This document shows, one piece after another, positions 51,655-64,000 of a DNA stretch of 64,000 nt. The position numbers and the translations under genes are program-made. The notes under the pieces are model-generated. The model was not told the origin of the DNA. It made no database searches and was given only the letters and a program-made list of their open reading frames with translations. Every line of letters starts with the position of its first letter. Position 1 is the stretch's first letter. The DNA comes from Octopus sinensis (Eukaryota): contig NC_043002.1 in NCBI RefSeq assembly GCF_006345805.1, forward strand, positions 24,862,001-24,926,000. The letters run 5' to 3'.

Positions 51655-52535
51655 AAAACTGATATTAAACTATAATATAACTTATTGACAAAGGATGGTC
51701 TTTCTATTTGTTACTCTTCATATATCTGATGGGAAAAAAATTGGTCTCTCACTTCTTCCCTGAAATAATAACAAAAACTGTTTGATAGGTATTTGCTATC
51801 TCAAGAGGGGCAAATACAAAAACTATGGCTACAAACACCAAGGACTCAAACTTCAAGACAAACCATCAATGTCAAATTCAGATAATATGACATCGAAGGA
51901 ACAGTCTGTCTCTTATTTTCATTTAGCATAACAGAGAGTCACTTGAACAATAGAAAGGGAAATGTCTATCTGCTCCTCCAGATGATTTCTTACACTAGTC
52001 TGATCCACCAGATTACTTAAGTCCAGTTTTTACTCCAGATAGTTAGAAAGTCGATATACTGCAGGATCTGAACCCAAAATTGATAGCCTTCCCCCAGCCC
52101 ACCACCTTAAAGATGACACCTCCTTATGAACAAGAGATGCTGGCCTTCAGCTCATGGTATGTCCTCCACAGTTCATAAATGTTTTCTTCCAAGAATATTC
52201 TTCAACACTACATACAGCCCTTGTTGTTTGATACTAACTTGTTTGGTTTCCTTACAAGTAATGATGATATTTGAGGTAAAGACTTATATAAGTGTCTTGG
52301 CAGTTCAGGTCAGTATAAGTGATCCTCTAAAGGAACAGATGGAGGTTTCCCTGTTTTACTAGCGACTACCACTAACACTAAGCGATGATGGAAAGAGAGG
52401 AAAGATGGACCACTTCTTTGATGTCTTATTTGCTGAGATGTTGGAGACAGAAGGGTACCTGAAGTGCCTCAACATACAACTCACTTGAAAGTGTTCATAT
52501 CATCAGTCTTATATCACTTTTCCTCAGAATTCATA

Positions 52536-53498
52536 CTGTAAATCCTCGAGTATAGTCTGCCCTTGAGTATAATACGCAGGACATTTTTAGGGGACTGTAC
52601 CTCTGAAAAACCTAAACCTTGTGTATAATATACACCCCTTCTCTAACTTGAGTCAAGGAGGTCTATATAACGTCCTTGGTTTGTAAAAATGTATACGGTA
52701 ACGTCCTTTATTATTACCTTCTTCCCTTCTTTATCTTTGGTATCTCTTTAATTTCATCTTTATTTCTTCTCCATAACCTGGCATTGCTCTCATCAACATC
52801 AAATTTTCTTCCGGCGGCCCTATTACCATGCTCTTCAGCATATGATATAACTTCAAGTTTAAACATAGCTGGATCTATGAGGCATTTTATGGCATGTAAA
52901 GTATAAAATGTTTTATTAGAGATTAATGTACAGGTTCAAGTCTTGCTTATAAAAAACCCTAGTAAAGACCCACAGTAGTTCAAACATTTAATACTGGTAT
53001 TTAATTAAGTATCTATTGTTTGCCACGGTAATGATGCAAACTGCCAATACAAACAGCAGGATGAACTATTTAGCGCAAAACTATTAAGCACAATTCATGC
53101 ATAATTAGGCCAGCAGTATCTAGTCGAACAAACACTTCCGTGTATGCATAATACAATAATGGTGATGTTCTTAACTGTTATATGGGAATGTAAATATGTT
53201 TGCAAATTGTTTTTGTTACATGTTATTCTGTGTTCTGAATACTTTTATTTTAATAAATGTTGCTTACTGCAAGTTATGGATGATTCTTTTAAGACATCAT
53301 TGCTTTCAGGCTTAGCTTAAGGTATTTTCGCGCCCAACATCACAAAATGCATCTGAATAAACATTGCCAGACAACAAATAGAGACTTGGACATTGCTTAG
53401 AAAATATTTTTCATTTTTAACCTCGTATATAGTACGCACTAGGGATTTGACCTTAAAATTTTGGGGAAAAAATGCGGATTATACTCCAGGATTTACAG
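52536..53498 (-). mobile_element. pogo/Tc2-like non-autonomous DNA transposon (963 bp) in the ZNF3 intron
   Basis: TIRs CTGTAAATCCT(C/G)GAGTATA, TA target duplication, Brinker-type HTH remnant FKLEVISYAEEHGNRAAGRKFDVDESNARLWR. Confidence 0.85.
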
Positions 53499-53693
53499 TA
53501 CTCATTCAGCTTGGTATTGGTATCAAACTTGTGTATGAAGCAGCTGTCAATACCACGGATACATTCATGGGAACTCCTTTCGAGGTTTTAAGGGTGTTCT
53601 CAAACTTCAATGAATAAACGTTTTTAATTCAGTCAGGTGTGGTGACATTTCCAGCTCAGTAAAAGAGAACATTCTAGAATTCAAGCATATCGG

Positions 53694-54003
53694 GAGCTCT
53701 CTGTACCCACCTCAATTTGTTTCCTCATAACTTTCTGAAAAATAGACATTTTTTTGATAAAATTTTCTACAAATATATTTCAGATAATACTGTAGATTAC
53801 GATTATGTCGGAATTTGCCTTTGTTTCTTCATACGTTTTGATGAGGTGCATGAATTATTCACTCCCAATTTTTTTTTTTTTTTCATATCCAAATTCCGAT
53901 ATAATCCGAAGCTACACTATCTGAAACGTATTTGTTGAAGATTTTATTTTAAAATATCCATTTTTCATAAAGTTATGAAGAAACAAAATCGGCAGAGAAG
54001 AGC
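53694..54003. mobile_element. Old MITE with imperfect ~55-bp TIRs
   Basis: tttgtttcctcataactttctgaaaaatagacattt versus the reverse complement tttgtttcttcataactttatgaaaaatggatattt. Confidence 0.6.
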
Positions 54004-55125
54004 ACACACATGTAATAATGCCGGGAGTTGAATCTATCCCTCCTGACTAGAGAGAAAAAAAAAATCAGTTTACTTTTCACAGTGCCACTAAATTAATTGT
54101 CTGTTTATAAGAAACACACTGGTAATGTTTACATCACATTTCAATTTTTTTTTCCAAAGAACCGTTATGTAGTACACTATTGGGCGGAGTTTTGGACAAG
54201 CTTACCCACGTAACTTGGAAGCTCCGCCCACTATTAATTCATGTTGCTGGAGTTTCCCTGACACATGAATTCAGTGAACCTATATTGGTGGTTGCTCGAA
54301 CTGCTAGAAAAAGCAAATAAATCTCCCTCAATCAAACACTACCATCGTTAAAAAAATGAGACACATAATTCTACATAGCTTACATCCGAGAACGGATAAT
54401 TTGAACAGTGACATATATCATAGCAGTAGTTCTCAGATGTTATTACTTTACATCTCACGTACCCAATACATGAGAAAGAGATTGATGACTTATCCAAGGC
54501 ACAACAGTTTGCCTTAGGAAATATCTGCAAACTCTTCTTTCTACATTTAATGCATTTTTGTTCACGTTATTTACAAATGCAATTGCATAACATTTGATGG
54601 ATCCGACTAAAAAGAATTGAAAGACTGAATATGCCGGATAATTCTAGATTTACCGAGACTATTGAAAAAAAAATGAAATCTGTTTGGTTACAGTTAGAAC
54701 TCTTTTGATCATAGGAAGACAGGATCAGGGATTAAACACTAATAGTCTACATTTAACACTTTAGATAAAAGTTACCTTCATCTTCCATTCGTATCTTGAA
54801 TGCTTTGTCGGAATATGTTGAACTTTTTTATATGCAATTCTGTCCGACATTCAGTTCAACTCCTAGTTGTAAGATCTTTAGTGGGAGGGGGTCGTACTCA
54901 ATTGTATTCTACAGGTCCGAAGTTGTTGTTTTAGTTACTTTTCTCCATGTTCCATTGTAAAGTTAATCTCCGTTTCATATATATAAATATAGTGTTGTTG
55001 TTTAGTTAAACAGCAACACACTCCGCAAAGCCATCTTTCTGTGTATCTATATCTGTTGCTATTTGTATACCCTACACTTCACAATACTCTATAGACAATC
55101 AGCACGTGGTTCAGCCAGCATATTA

Positions 55126-55153
55126 CCGGAAGTAAAGGCCTAACTAACGGATA
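55126..55153. promoter_or_regulatory. 28-bp promoter module copy 3
   Basis: CCGGAAGTAAAGGCCTAACTAACGGATA; E-box CACGTG about 20 bp away; candidate donors at 54775 and 54205. Confidence 0.72.
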
Positions 55154-57101
55154 TACAAGATATTCGCAAAGTGGAAGAGAAGAAATGTAACATTTTAGGC
55201 TGTACCGTTGGTTGGGTTGAGATTAAATATCTACTGACAGTGCTGAATAAATAGTTTGGAAGTAATGAATGAGATGGGGTGTTGCTAGTGAGGCCAGCGA
55301 TCAAATGGATGGGACGTAAGCAACAGGAACATTGGTAAAATTTGAAAACCGCACTGGAGGAAGATAACAAAGAAAGAAGGAATATAAGCAGGGAAGAGGA
55401 AGCATAGTTACTGTTGCTTCTCAGCTGGTAATTGAGAATAGGGTAGACGGAGGAAAGGTTTAAGAGGGCAACGTCAAGATAATGTACGAGAGGCCCCTTA
55501 ATACTGGTGCGAGAGTAAGTGCTAAGAGAAAAAAATGAATCTTTTCTGTTTGCGAGTGAAGGTTGAGCATTCATGTGAGGTAAACTACGCAGAGAAATGA
55601 TTCATGGAATGGCTTAGTAATTTGAAGTGACACGTTGCATGTTAAGAGAATGATTGGTTGTTCCAGGCGTCAAAAGGTTCATATAGAGGATCATATCGAG
55701 TACCCGAGAGCTGACAGGTGAAAAATAGTAGCTATCAATTAGTAATATTGATCCATGTGGAATTAGATAATGTATTTACATTTCGAACAAAGACCTTTAT
55801 AAGATAAAAAAACAAAATTAATGAGAAAGCAATGACTAAAAGGAATGGAAACTTGTAGGTATCAGTATCCTCGTTTTTACGGTACTAAATTCAAATTAGT
55901 CTTTTAATGGTGCTTTTACGGTCGTTTATAGTAATAAATGATTCGACGTGGCAAGACTTGCTTTTGTACCTTCCACCACCGCAAACACTTATTTATTTAT
56001 TTTCGGCTACGTAGAATACGAATCTGCAAAAAAATTGGCAAAAATCGGCATTTTGAAATTACACCTCCCCACCCCACTAAATTCTTCATTTAAAATTTTT
56101 TTTTAGAATTTTTTTTTATTTCAAAATATGTAGAAAAAATACAGAGATCATGATTCTGAAAAAAATTTCCAAAAATTTTCAACTTAGGGTTAGGGTTACG
56201 GAAAAAAAGTGAATGAAGAAACCGGAGAGGAGGGAGTAAGGGGGATTTCAAATTTCTGATTTTTGGCAATTTTCCAGAATCTCCGTATCCGAAAACATGG
56301 GTTTTTGGCAAAAAAATTTTTTTTTAAATTACAATAATTTGCGAAAAAAATAGGAGGTAGGGCGGGGGGAAGTCTTTCCCTGGTCGTTAGCGCGTGTTAA
56401 AATAAATCTGTCCACTCTAACGAGATGTTGAATATAGCTGGTCTACGTCAAGACGTTCGAGCAATTTAGAGTGTAGTCTCGAATTTTATGTTGTGTTAAA
56501 TGGTGCGCAGAATGACGATGCCCCAGCATGGCCACAGTAATTGGACTGAAACATATAAAAGAATAATTCACAACAGTTGTGCATGAGAACGAAACGCAGT
56601 GGATTCAGTTCTGTAAAATCTATCCCTTACAATTCGTTTTTACTAGCTCGTATTTGTTACAATCACTGATGATCATGCAGTGTTGGTGCCGATACATTTG
56701 ACGAGCTTTTTGTGACCATTTCATATCAATATCCAGTTCATCCTTTTCTCTTTCGAATAAATTGTGTATTTTGATACACTTTTAGAACATATTTGAAGTT
56801 TTAGTGTTTTTAAAGTAATTTTAACCGCCGCTTTTTCGAGTTAAATTTAGGATCGTAAAGACGAGGATACCTTAGGTATCTTGTACAGGATAGTGAAGAT
56901 ACGACGGTAAGCAACTATCAGTCTTGAAAGTGGAGTGTTATGAATAGCGTAGGTAAGGTGCTTGAGTGAGGGTCAATGAGAGTTGTCTTTTCTTACATAT
57001 GTATATTACAGTAAGCAATTGACTAATAAAATATATTGGTAGCTCCCGCCTAGGGAACTAAGCGAAACAGAAAGCATGTTGTTTGAATGAATTCTGTATT
57101 C

Positions 57102-57511
57102 GGATCTTTTCGGTTTGAACGGCAGTTTTTTAAAATAATTTCCACGTAACTAAACACTTTTAAACTTCGTATACTGGTAGAATATGTTTATAAAACATCT
57201 TTTTCTCTTGGCTTTATTGAGAAAATTCTTTTGTTTGTAAGATATTTGTTTTCTTTTCTTCAATTTCTGCAATTTCAACCAATCAATGACGTCTATTGAG
57301 GTAAAAAACATTCTGTGCCGTATGAATATGTCCCTCGTTTAAGAAACAGATTGGGTTTATTTACATTTGTGAAGAAAAAAAGATACCCTTCCCCCCACCC
57401 CTAACCCTAAAACAGATTGAAATGCAATAGATCGATACTAGGGTCATAATTATGGGTGACAATTTCATATGACACCGCTAGAAAAAACTGCCGTTCAAAC
57501 CGAAAAGATCC
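57102..57511. mobile_element. Merlin-type MITE, 410 bp
   Basis: Perfect 30-bp TIR GGATCTTTTCGGTTTGAACGGCAGTTTTTT; perfect 8-bp TSD CTGTATTC (57094-57101, 57512-57519). Confidence 0.9.
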
Positions 57512-57749
57512 CTGTATTCTTACGGTAAAGCTATAATTTGGCCTCAGAAATTTGATTCAAACACATGCCCACATTTGTCAATGTGATGTGACTGCTGTTC
57601 CCATCTTGCGTACTAAACAGAACTGAAGAGTTTAGTATGCTGTTTAATGACGTTTATGAACGACAACATTTACAAATTCAGTAATGTTTCACAAATGTAT
57701 TATAAGGAATTGAAAACTGTCGGTTAATTGAGAGTATCTTAGTAATTAC

Positions 57750-58126
57750 TCTTTTACTTGTTTCAGGCATTTGACTGCGGCCATGCTGGAGCACCGCCTT
57801 TAGTCGAGCAAATCGACCCCGGGACTTATTCTATCAGTCTCTTTTGCTGAACCGCTAAGTTACGGGGACGTAAACACACCAGCATCGGTTGTCAAGCAAT
57901 GCTAGGGGGACAAACACAGACTCACAAACATGCACATACATACATATATATATACATATATACGACAGGCTTCTTTCAGTTTCCGTCTACCAAATCCACT
58001 CACAAGGCATTGGTTGGCCTGAGGCTATAGCAGAAGACACTTGCCCAAGATGCCACGCAGTGGAACTGAACCCAGAACCATGTGGTTGGTAAGCAAGCTA
58101 CTTACCACACAGCCACTCCTGCGCCT
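57750..58126 (-). mobile_element. SINE family A, full length
   Basis: Reverse complement of the 10257 and 22293 copies. Confidence 0.88.
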
Positions 58127-58469
58127 ACTAGAAAAAAATTTCCCCAGAGTTTTTAGATTCGTTAAAAAAAAAGCTAGTGTGATAATTTCAGTAAGGTCGG
58201 TAGATTAGAAATTTTAGACAGAATAATGTAGCTTTAGCCTTTAAAGCTAACTAGTGAACGAAATATGTTTTGGTATTATTTGAACTCCAAAGTGAAATAT
58301 TTGTGGCTACGTGGAACAAAGTTTACTTCCCAACCACATGATTCCGAGATCAGTCCTACTATAGCCCCACTCCGACAAAAATCATATGAGTTGATTTCTT
58401 CAGCGAAAACAGAAAGAAAGCCCGTAATGCGTGTGGGTGTGTATATATATATAAGACAAAAGGGTACGT

Positions 58470-58775
58470 GCTCTGCTTGTGTCGGTGGCACGTAAAAAGC
58501 ACCATCCGAATCGTGGCCGAAGCCAGTGCCGCCTCGACTGGCTTCCGTGCAGGTGGCATGTAAAATGCACCAATCCGACCGTGGCCGATGCCAGCCTCGC
58601 CTGGCACCAGTGCAGGTGGCACGTAAAATGCACCCACTACACTCACGGAGTGGTTGGCGTTAGGAAGGGCATCCAGCTGTAGAAACATTGCCAGATAAGA
58701 TCGGAGCCTGGTGCAGCCTTCTGGCTTCCCAGATCCCCGGTCGAACGGACGTTAAACGATGATGATGATGATGAT
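58470..58775 (+). mobile_element. RTE-LINE 3'UTR fragment with tandem units
   Basis: Same family as 2870-3400. Confidence 0.85.
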
Positions 58776-59059
58776 ATATATATATACCAAAAGAGAAGAT
58801 GGAGATAAGATTAATAAAAATTTAGGACTTGTCAAAGTATTAATGAATTTCTTAAGACAGATTTTTTATGGGTGGATACTCTTCCTATTGCCAACTCTCA
58901 ACTGTTTCCAAGCAAAGTAGTCTTGCTTCCAGGTTAAACTTGCTTTAAAAGGAGACTGGAAATGAACAACATTATTTGTGTCATGATGGTATGATGGTGT
59001 GTGTTTACAACCTTTGTGCAATGTTAAGGCAAAGATACACAAACATACATATGTATATA

Positions 59060-60708
59060 CATCATCATCACTTAACGTCTGTTTTCCATACTTGCATGGG
59101 TTGGACGGTTCGACTGGTGTCTGGGAAGCCAGGAGGCTGCACCAGACTCCATTCTGATCTGGCAGTGTTTTTACAGCTGGATGCCCTTCCTAATGCTGTG
59201 AGTGTAGTGGGTGCTCTTTATGTGCCACTGGCACAGGGGCCAGAGGAGGCTGGCAAACGGCCACAATCGGTTGGTGCTTTTTACGTGTCACTGACACGGA
59301 CCCCAGTCAGGCAGCACCAGAATCAGCTACGTTTGGATGGTGCTTTTTACATGCCACTGGCATGGGTATCATAACTACAATTTCCATTTGATTTTTATTT
59401 TGATGTTGATGTTGACGTATTTGACTCAATAGGTCTCCTCAAGAACAGCAGGTCACCTTACGATCCAAGGTTAGCACAGCAGGCCATGAACTCACTTCAT
59501 TTGTTGGGTCTTCACAGTCACAGCATTTCTCCAGAGATCTCGGTCTTTTGTCATAGCCTCTGTGAGGACCAACATTCGAAGGTCATGCTTGACCACCTCA
59601 TCATACCAATGCAAACGTCTCTCCTGCACGCCACATCTGATGCTTCTTATGTCCAACATTTCTCTCAGGGCACTTACACTGTCGTGCATGCACACTGACA
59701 TTACACATTGAGCGGATCATGCTAGCTTCATTTCTTTCGAGCCTATGCATGTCTTCTGCAGTCACGGCCCATGTTTCACTGCTGTGAAGCATGGCAGTTC
59801 GCACACATGCATCGTACAGTCTACTTTTCACTCTGAGCAAGAGACCCTTTGTCACCAGTAGGGGAAGAAGCTTTCTAAACTTTGCCCAAGCTATTATTAT
59901 TCTAGTGGTAACACTCTCTGAGCATCCACCCTCACTACTAACTTGGTCACCTAGGTAGCAGAAACTATCAACTACTTCTTGTTCCTTCCCCTGGACTGTA
60001 ATGGAATCTGTGGTGTCTATTGCCCCTGTACATCTGCCGCACTATACTCATTGCCAATCCTAACCTTACTAACGGCCTCTCTGCAAAGGGCCTGTACAGC
60101 CCTTATTAAACATTCGTCAATCTCCAGATTCTGCATCGCCCACCAGATAAGGGATCAGGGGACCTTGTCAAAGGCTTTCTCCAAGTCCACAAAAGCTAAG
60201 TATAGGGGTTATCTTTAGCTAGGTATTTCTCCTGCAGTTGTCAAACCAGGAATATGGCATCAGTGGTGCTTCTACCCAGCACAAAACCGAACTGCATCTC
60301 ATCTAAGCAGACTCTCTCCCTGATGAGATGGGCTATGACCCTCTCCCTGACCTTCATCACCTGATCCAGCACTTTGATACCCCTGTAGTTATTTCTAACT
60401 AGAGTATCACCTTTACCCTCGTAGCAGTTGACTATGGTGCTGCTACACCAGTCGTTGGGTATGACTCCATCATGAGCTATCTGGTTTACAATGCGGGTGA
60501 CTAGGCAATAGCCCACACCACCAGATGTTTTAAGCATCTCAGCATTGATTCCTGGCTTCATACCCTTAATTGCTTTATCTACTAGGGAGCTGTCTATTTG
60601 GATAGCTGGTCCTTCTACTGGGTCAACATTTAGCAGGCTTTCCTCCTCTCATTCATTCTCCACGTTCATCAGTCTTTCATAATAGCTTCTCCAAGCCTCA
60701 TTTATGTA
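59060..60708 (-). mobile_element. 5'-truncated, internally deleted RTE LINE with ORF2 remnants, 3'UTR and (GAT)n tail
   Basis: NYRGIKVLDQVMKV.ERVI, QFGFVLGRSTTDAIFLV, FVDLEKAFD, LYDACVRTAMLHSSETWA, RLHWY; contiguous with the dispersed 3'UTR repeat. Confidence 0.9.
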
Positions 60709-60945
60709 CACACACACACATAAATCAAAATGTACAGTATTATATATCCATTACAGCGAATCTTACCAATCAGTTTTACATAAGGGGTTCAATGAAGTGT
60801 TAGGTTACAGTCCAATTATGTAACCCTGCACTCTTCAGAGACGACAGTTATGGAATGAAATTAGATACATCCTGTTTGTGGTTGCTGTGAAAAAAATGAT
60901 GAAACAAATTGAGCATGGTATTATCCCTTGGTATCAAAAATACAT

Positions 60946-60947
<2 letters not shown>

Positions 60948-61017
<70 letters not shown>

Positions 61018-61034
61018 CACACACACACACACAC
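60948..61034. repeat. (TG)n(TA)n(CA)n microsatellite
   Basis: Directly visible. Confidence 0.95.
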
Positions 61035-61829
61035 AATTACTTAGAGCCTAGAGTAACATTAACTGTATAACCTCCAAGAAGGACTCCTGAAGCACTAAGG
61101 GAGCTATAGTGCAAGTATTAAGTAACCATAGAGTCAAATGCTATTAGATACAAATCTGAAGAACCAGCTGGCTGACTTTATATGGCTAGGAAAATAGTAC
61201 AATGTGCATGAGTTTAATTATATATACATGCACATGCAGATACAAATGTATGTATGTGTGCATACAGAGAGAGAGAGAGAGAGTCCTCTAAAAATCTATT
61301 AGTCAGAAAAATATGAACTCATATATTTGTTGATAGCATGGGTGTATTAATCAAAGTGTACAGTATTATATATCCATTACAGCTGATCCTACCAATTGGT
61401 TTCACACAGGGTATTAAACCAGATGTTAGATAACAGTGTTGGATACACAAAAAAGAGGGTAGCAAACTAGCAACACTGAACTTTCTGATAGGCAGATTTG
61501 TTTTCTACAGACTTTTTCACAATAAAATCGATTCCTGGAGTATTCCTAGCTGTGATGGTACATTTGTTAGAAGATTTGAAAGGTGTGTTTGTGATCATGG
61601 ACAATATACTGCTGTTCTCTGAATCAAAGAATAAACATTAAAAGTGTTTACCAGCTATTTTATAATGCTGTAGAAGTCTAAAACTGAGCTCAAGGAAACC
61701 TCAGTTATGTAATGAGCAAGTAGGATATGTAAAATAACCAAAGAAGGAGTTAAACCAGATTCAGATAAAATATTTACTATCCATGCTTTACAATTATCTC
61801 CTACCCCCAGTAGATTTTAATGACACAAA

Positions 61830-61940
61830 GTGTAGATACCACAGTTATGTAGTTTATTTTCAATGTGCATGAGTCCACACTGTTTAAGTTGCTCTTTCAA
61901 AGAACATAACTTACCACATATTTCACAATTTTTCTTTCTA
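61830..61940 (-). pseudogene. Isolated decayed C2H2 finger remnant downstream of ZNF4
   Basis: NCEICGKLCSLKEQLKQCGLMHIENKLHNCGI. Confidence 0.6.
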
Positions 61941-62240
61941 TTTTCTTTTCTTTTTTTTTTTTGTTTTTCAGCTGTATATTTCGTGTCTAGGAGAGCAGTA
62001 ACTTTGAATAAAAACTGAAGCAGTGTGAAGAACACTTTAGTCAAGGCCAACAATTACTATCGTGCTGGTGCAAGTCCATACTGTAAAGTGGTTGGTGATT
62101 GGAAGATCATCCAGCTTGTAAAAGAAGTACTAAAATCATGAAATATTCCAATAAAGTTTAACTGCATATGCAATACTAATACTTAACCATGATGGTGCTG
62201 CACACAATAGAGGAGTGGTTAGGCAGAAACACTTAATCAA

Positions 62241-62465
62241 GGCAGCGAGCTGGCAGAAACGTTAGAATGCCGGGCAAAATACTTAGCGGTATTTCGTCTG
62301 CCATTATGTTCTGAGTTCAAATTCCGCCAAGGTCGACTTTGCCTTTCATCCTTTCAGGTTCGATAAATTAAGTACCAGTTACGCACTGGGGTCAATATAA
62401 TCGACTTAATCCGTTTGTCTGTCCTTGTTTGTCCTCTCTGTGTTTAGCCCCTTGTGGGTAGTAAA
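62241..62465 (+). mobile_element. SINE family C, full length
   Basis: ggcagcgagctggcagaaacgttag...gagttcaaattcc...gtcgactttgcctttcatcc...cccttgtggg. Confidence 0.85.
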
Positions 62466-62953
62466 AAATAGGTATTTTGTCTGCCGTTACATTCTGAGTT
62501 CAAATTCCGCCAAATGTTTAAATCTCATATAATGAGTGAAAATGATGGTTAATTGTACAAGGTGTCTGTGGTATAAATAAATGATGAGACAACAAACATT
62601 AAAATGAATATAAACATTGTCACACAAAAGCTGATGCAGGACAGATATTGCACATATGTTGATATATTAAACTAATGTTTACAAGACAAATCATACATGC
62701 ATTGACAAACCAAAACAAAAATGTCTAAAATTTACTGAAACAACTTTTAAATGATTGCATAACAGCTTTAAACAAGTCTTTATTAAACAGAAACTGCTCC
62801 AGGTTACTTTGCAAAGAACAGAGATTATTTTTCCCAATATATTTCACCACACATTTCACACTTTTTTTTATCTTTGTGAACTTGTGTTTTCCATAAATAA
62901 CCTCAGAAGAAAGCATAGTTCCTTAAACATTCCTATTAATACTAACTCCATAT

Positions 62954-63751
62954 TTAGTTACATGACTTATTATGTCTAGTCACATGACATTTTCTTGAAA
63001 ATGACTTACCACAGTTTTCACAGTTAAAAGGTCTCTCTCCAGTATGAACCATTACATGGATGCTTAAATTATAATTGGAAGAAAATGCCTTATCACATAT
63101 TTCACACTGGAAAGGTTTCTCTCCTGTGTGAACAACATTGTGTCTTGTTACATGACATCTTCTTGAGAAGGCTTTACCACAAATTTCACAGTTAAATGGT
63201 TTTTCTCCCGTATGTACAGTCATATGTTTGTTTAAGTTATAATTAGATGAGAATGATTTACTACAAATTTCACACTGAAATGGACTGTCTCCAGAATGAA
63301 GCATTTTATGCATTTTGAAGTTACTACCAGACATAAATGATTTACCACAAATTTCACAATTAAATGGTCTTTCACCTGTGTGAACCATTACATGCTTTGT
63401 TAAGTTACTATTAGATGTACAGGTCTTGCCACAAATTTCACACTGATGGGGACTCATACCAGCATGAGTCATTATATGGTTCTTTAAGTTACTACTAAAT
63501 GAGAATGTCTTACCACAGATTTTACATTGGTATGGCCTTTCTCCTGTATGAACTGTTCTATGTCTCCTTAAGCTACTATTACAGGAGAAAGCTTTTCTAC
63601 AAATTCCACAGTGGTACGGCTTCTCTCCTGTATGAGTTCGTAAATGTTCACTTAATTGCCAACTTCTTTTGAACTGTTTATCACAGATTTCACAATGAAA
63701 TGATTTCTTTTCCCTCTGAACCATTTTGCTTTCCATCAGACTATGACACAT
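62954..63751 (-). CDS. C2H2 zinc-finger protein ZNF4, 265 aa (or 260 aa from Met at 63736), 8 C2H2 fingers plus a terminal C2HC-like finger
   Basis: Intact array; N-terminus [15 protein letters not shown] aligns with the paralogues. Confidence 0.92.
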   Translation of the reverse strand: MCHSLMESKMVQREKKSFHCEICDKQFKRSWQLSEHLRTHTGEKPYHCGICRKAFSCNSSLRRHRTVHTGERPYQCKICGKTFSFSSNLKNHIMTHAGMSPHQCEICGKTCTSNSNLTKHVMVHTGERPFNCEICGKSFMSGSNFKMHKMLHSGDSPFQCEICSKSFSSNYNLNKHMTVHTGEKPFNCEICGKAFSRRCHVTRHNVVHTGEKPFQCEICDKAFSSNYNLSIHVMVHTGERPFNCENCGKSFSRKCHVTRHNKSCN

Positions 63752-63925
63752 TCACACTAATTGACCACAGAATAGTATGGTATTCATTTTGTGTTTGAAA
63801 ATTGAGAAAATAAAATTTCATATCTTTTATAATGAATCAGCTGAAATCCTCTACATTGGTATTTTAACAAATACATTTCTATGATGTCATCTTTCATTAG
63901 CAATCCACTAAGGTGAAAACATTTC

Positions 63926-63937
63926 CTGAAATACAAC
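63926..63937 (-). promoter_or_regulatory. ZNF4 splice acceptor GTTGTATTTCAG|G
   Basis: Conserved in all four ZNF genes. Confidence 0.8.
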
Positions 63938-64000
63938 AAAAGTGAATATTAACATAGTATTAATAATGGGTGGGGTTTGTACAAAGTCACACACCAGTGG

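Noticed and set aside
55160-55740. 144-aa minus-strand ORF and purine-rich tract
   Set aside because: Ser/Leu-rich with no domain signature; likely degraded retroelement

Overview
Eukaryotic, AT-rich, microsatellite- and TE-dense DNA, most likely an octopus or other coleoid cephalopod (inferred from the tandem C2H2-ZNF cluster and repeat landscape, not proven). Four paralogous C2H2 zinc-finger genes lie on the minus strand (18, 14, 8 and 9 fingers). Each has one coding exon, no effector domain, and the same TTGTATTTCAG splice acceptor 166-220 nt upstream of the ORF start. The three whose 5' ends fall in the window share an ungapped 28-bp ETS-containing module (CCGGAAGTA.AG....AA.TAA..GATA). 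A GT31 (beta-1,3-galactosyltransferase-like) gene on the plus strand lies head-to-head with ZNF1. It has a predicted signal-anchor exon and a non-canonical NDE in place of DxD. The remainder is TE debris: three RTE LINE lineages, Tx1 and CR1 fragments, a Gmr1-like Gypsy element with a SCAN-like gag and a tRNA-Pro PBS, Helitrons, Tc1/mariner/pogo relics, a pristine Merlin-type MITE, four tRNA-derived SINE families, Penelope-like remnants with hammerhead-ribozyme motifs, an alpha-tubulin pseudogene fragment and long hairpins. All analysis was by eye; repeat boundaries are approximate unless termini are stated.
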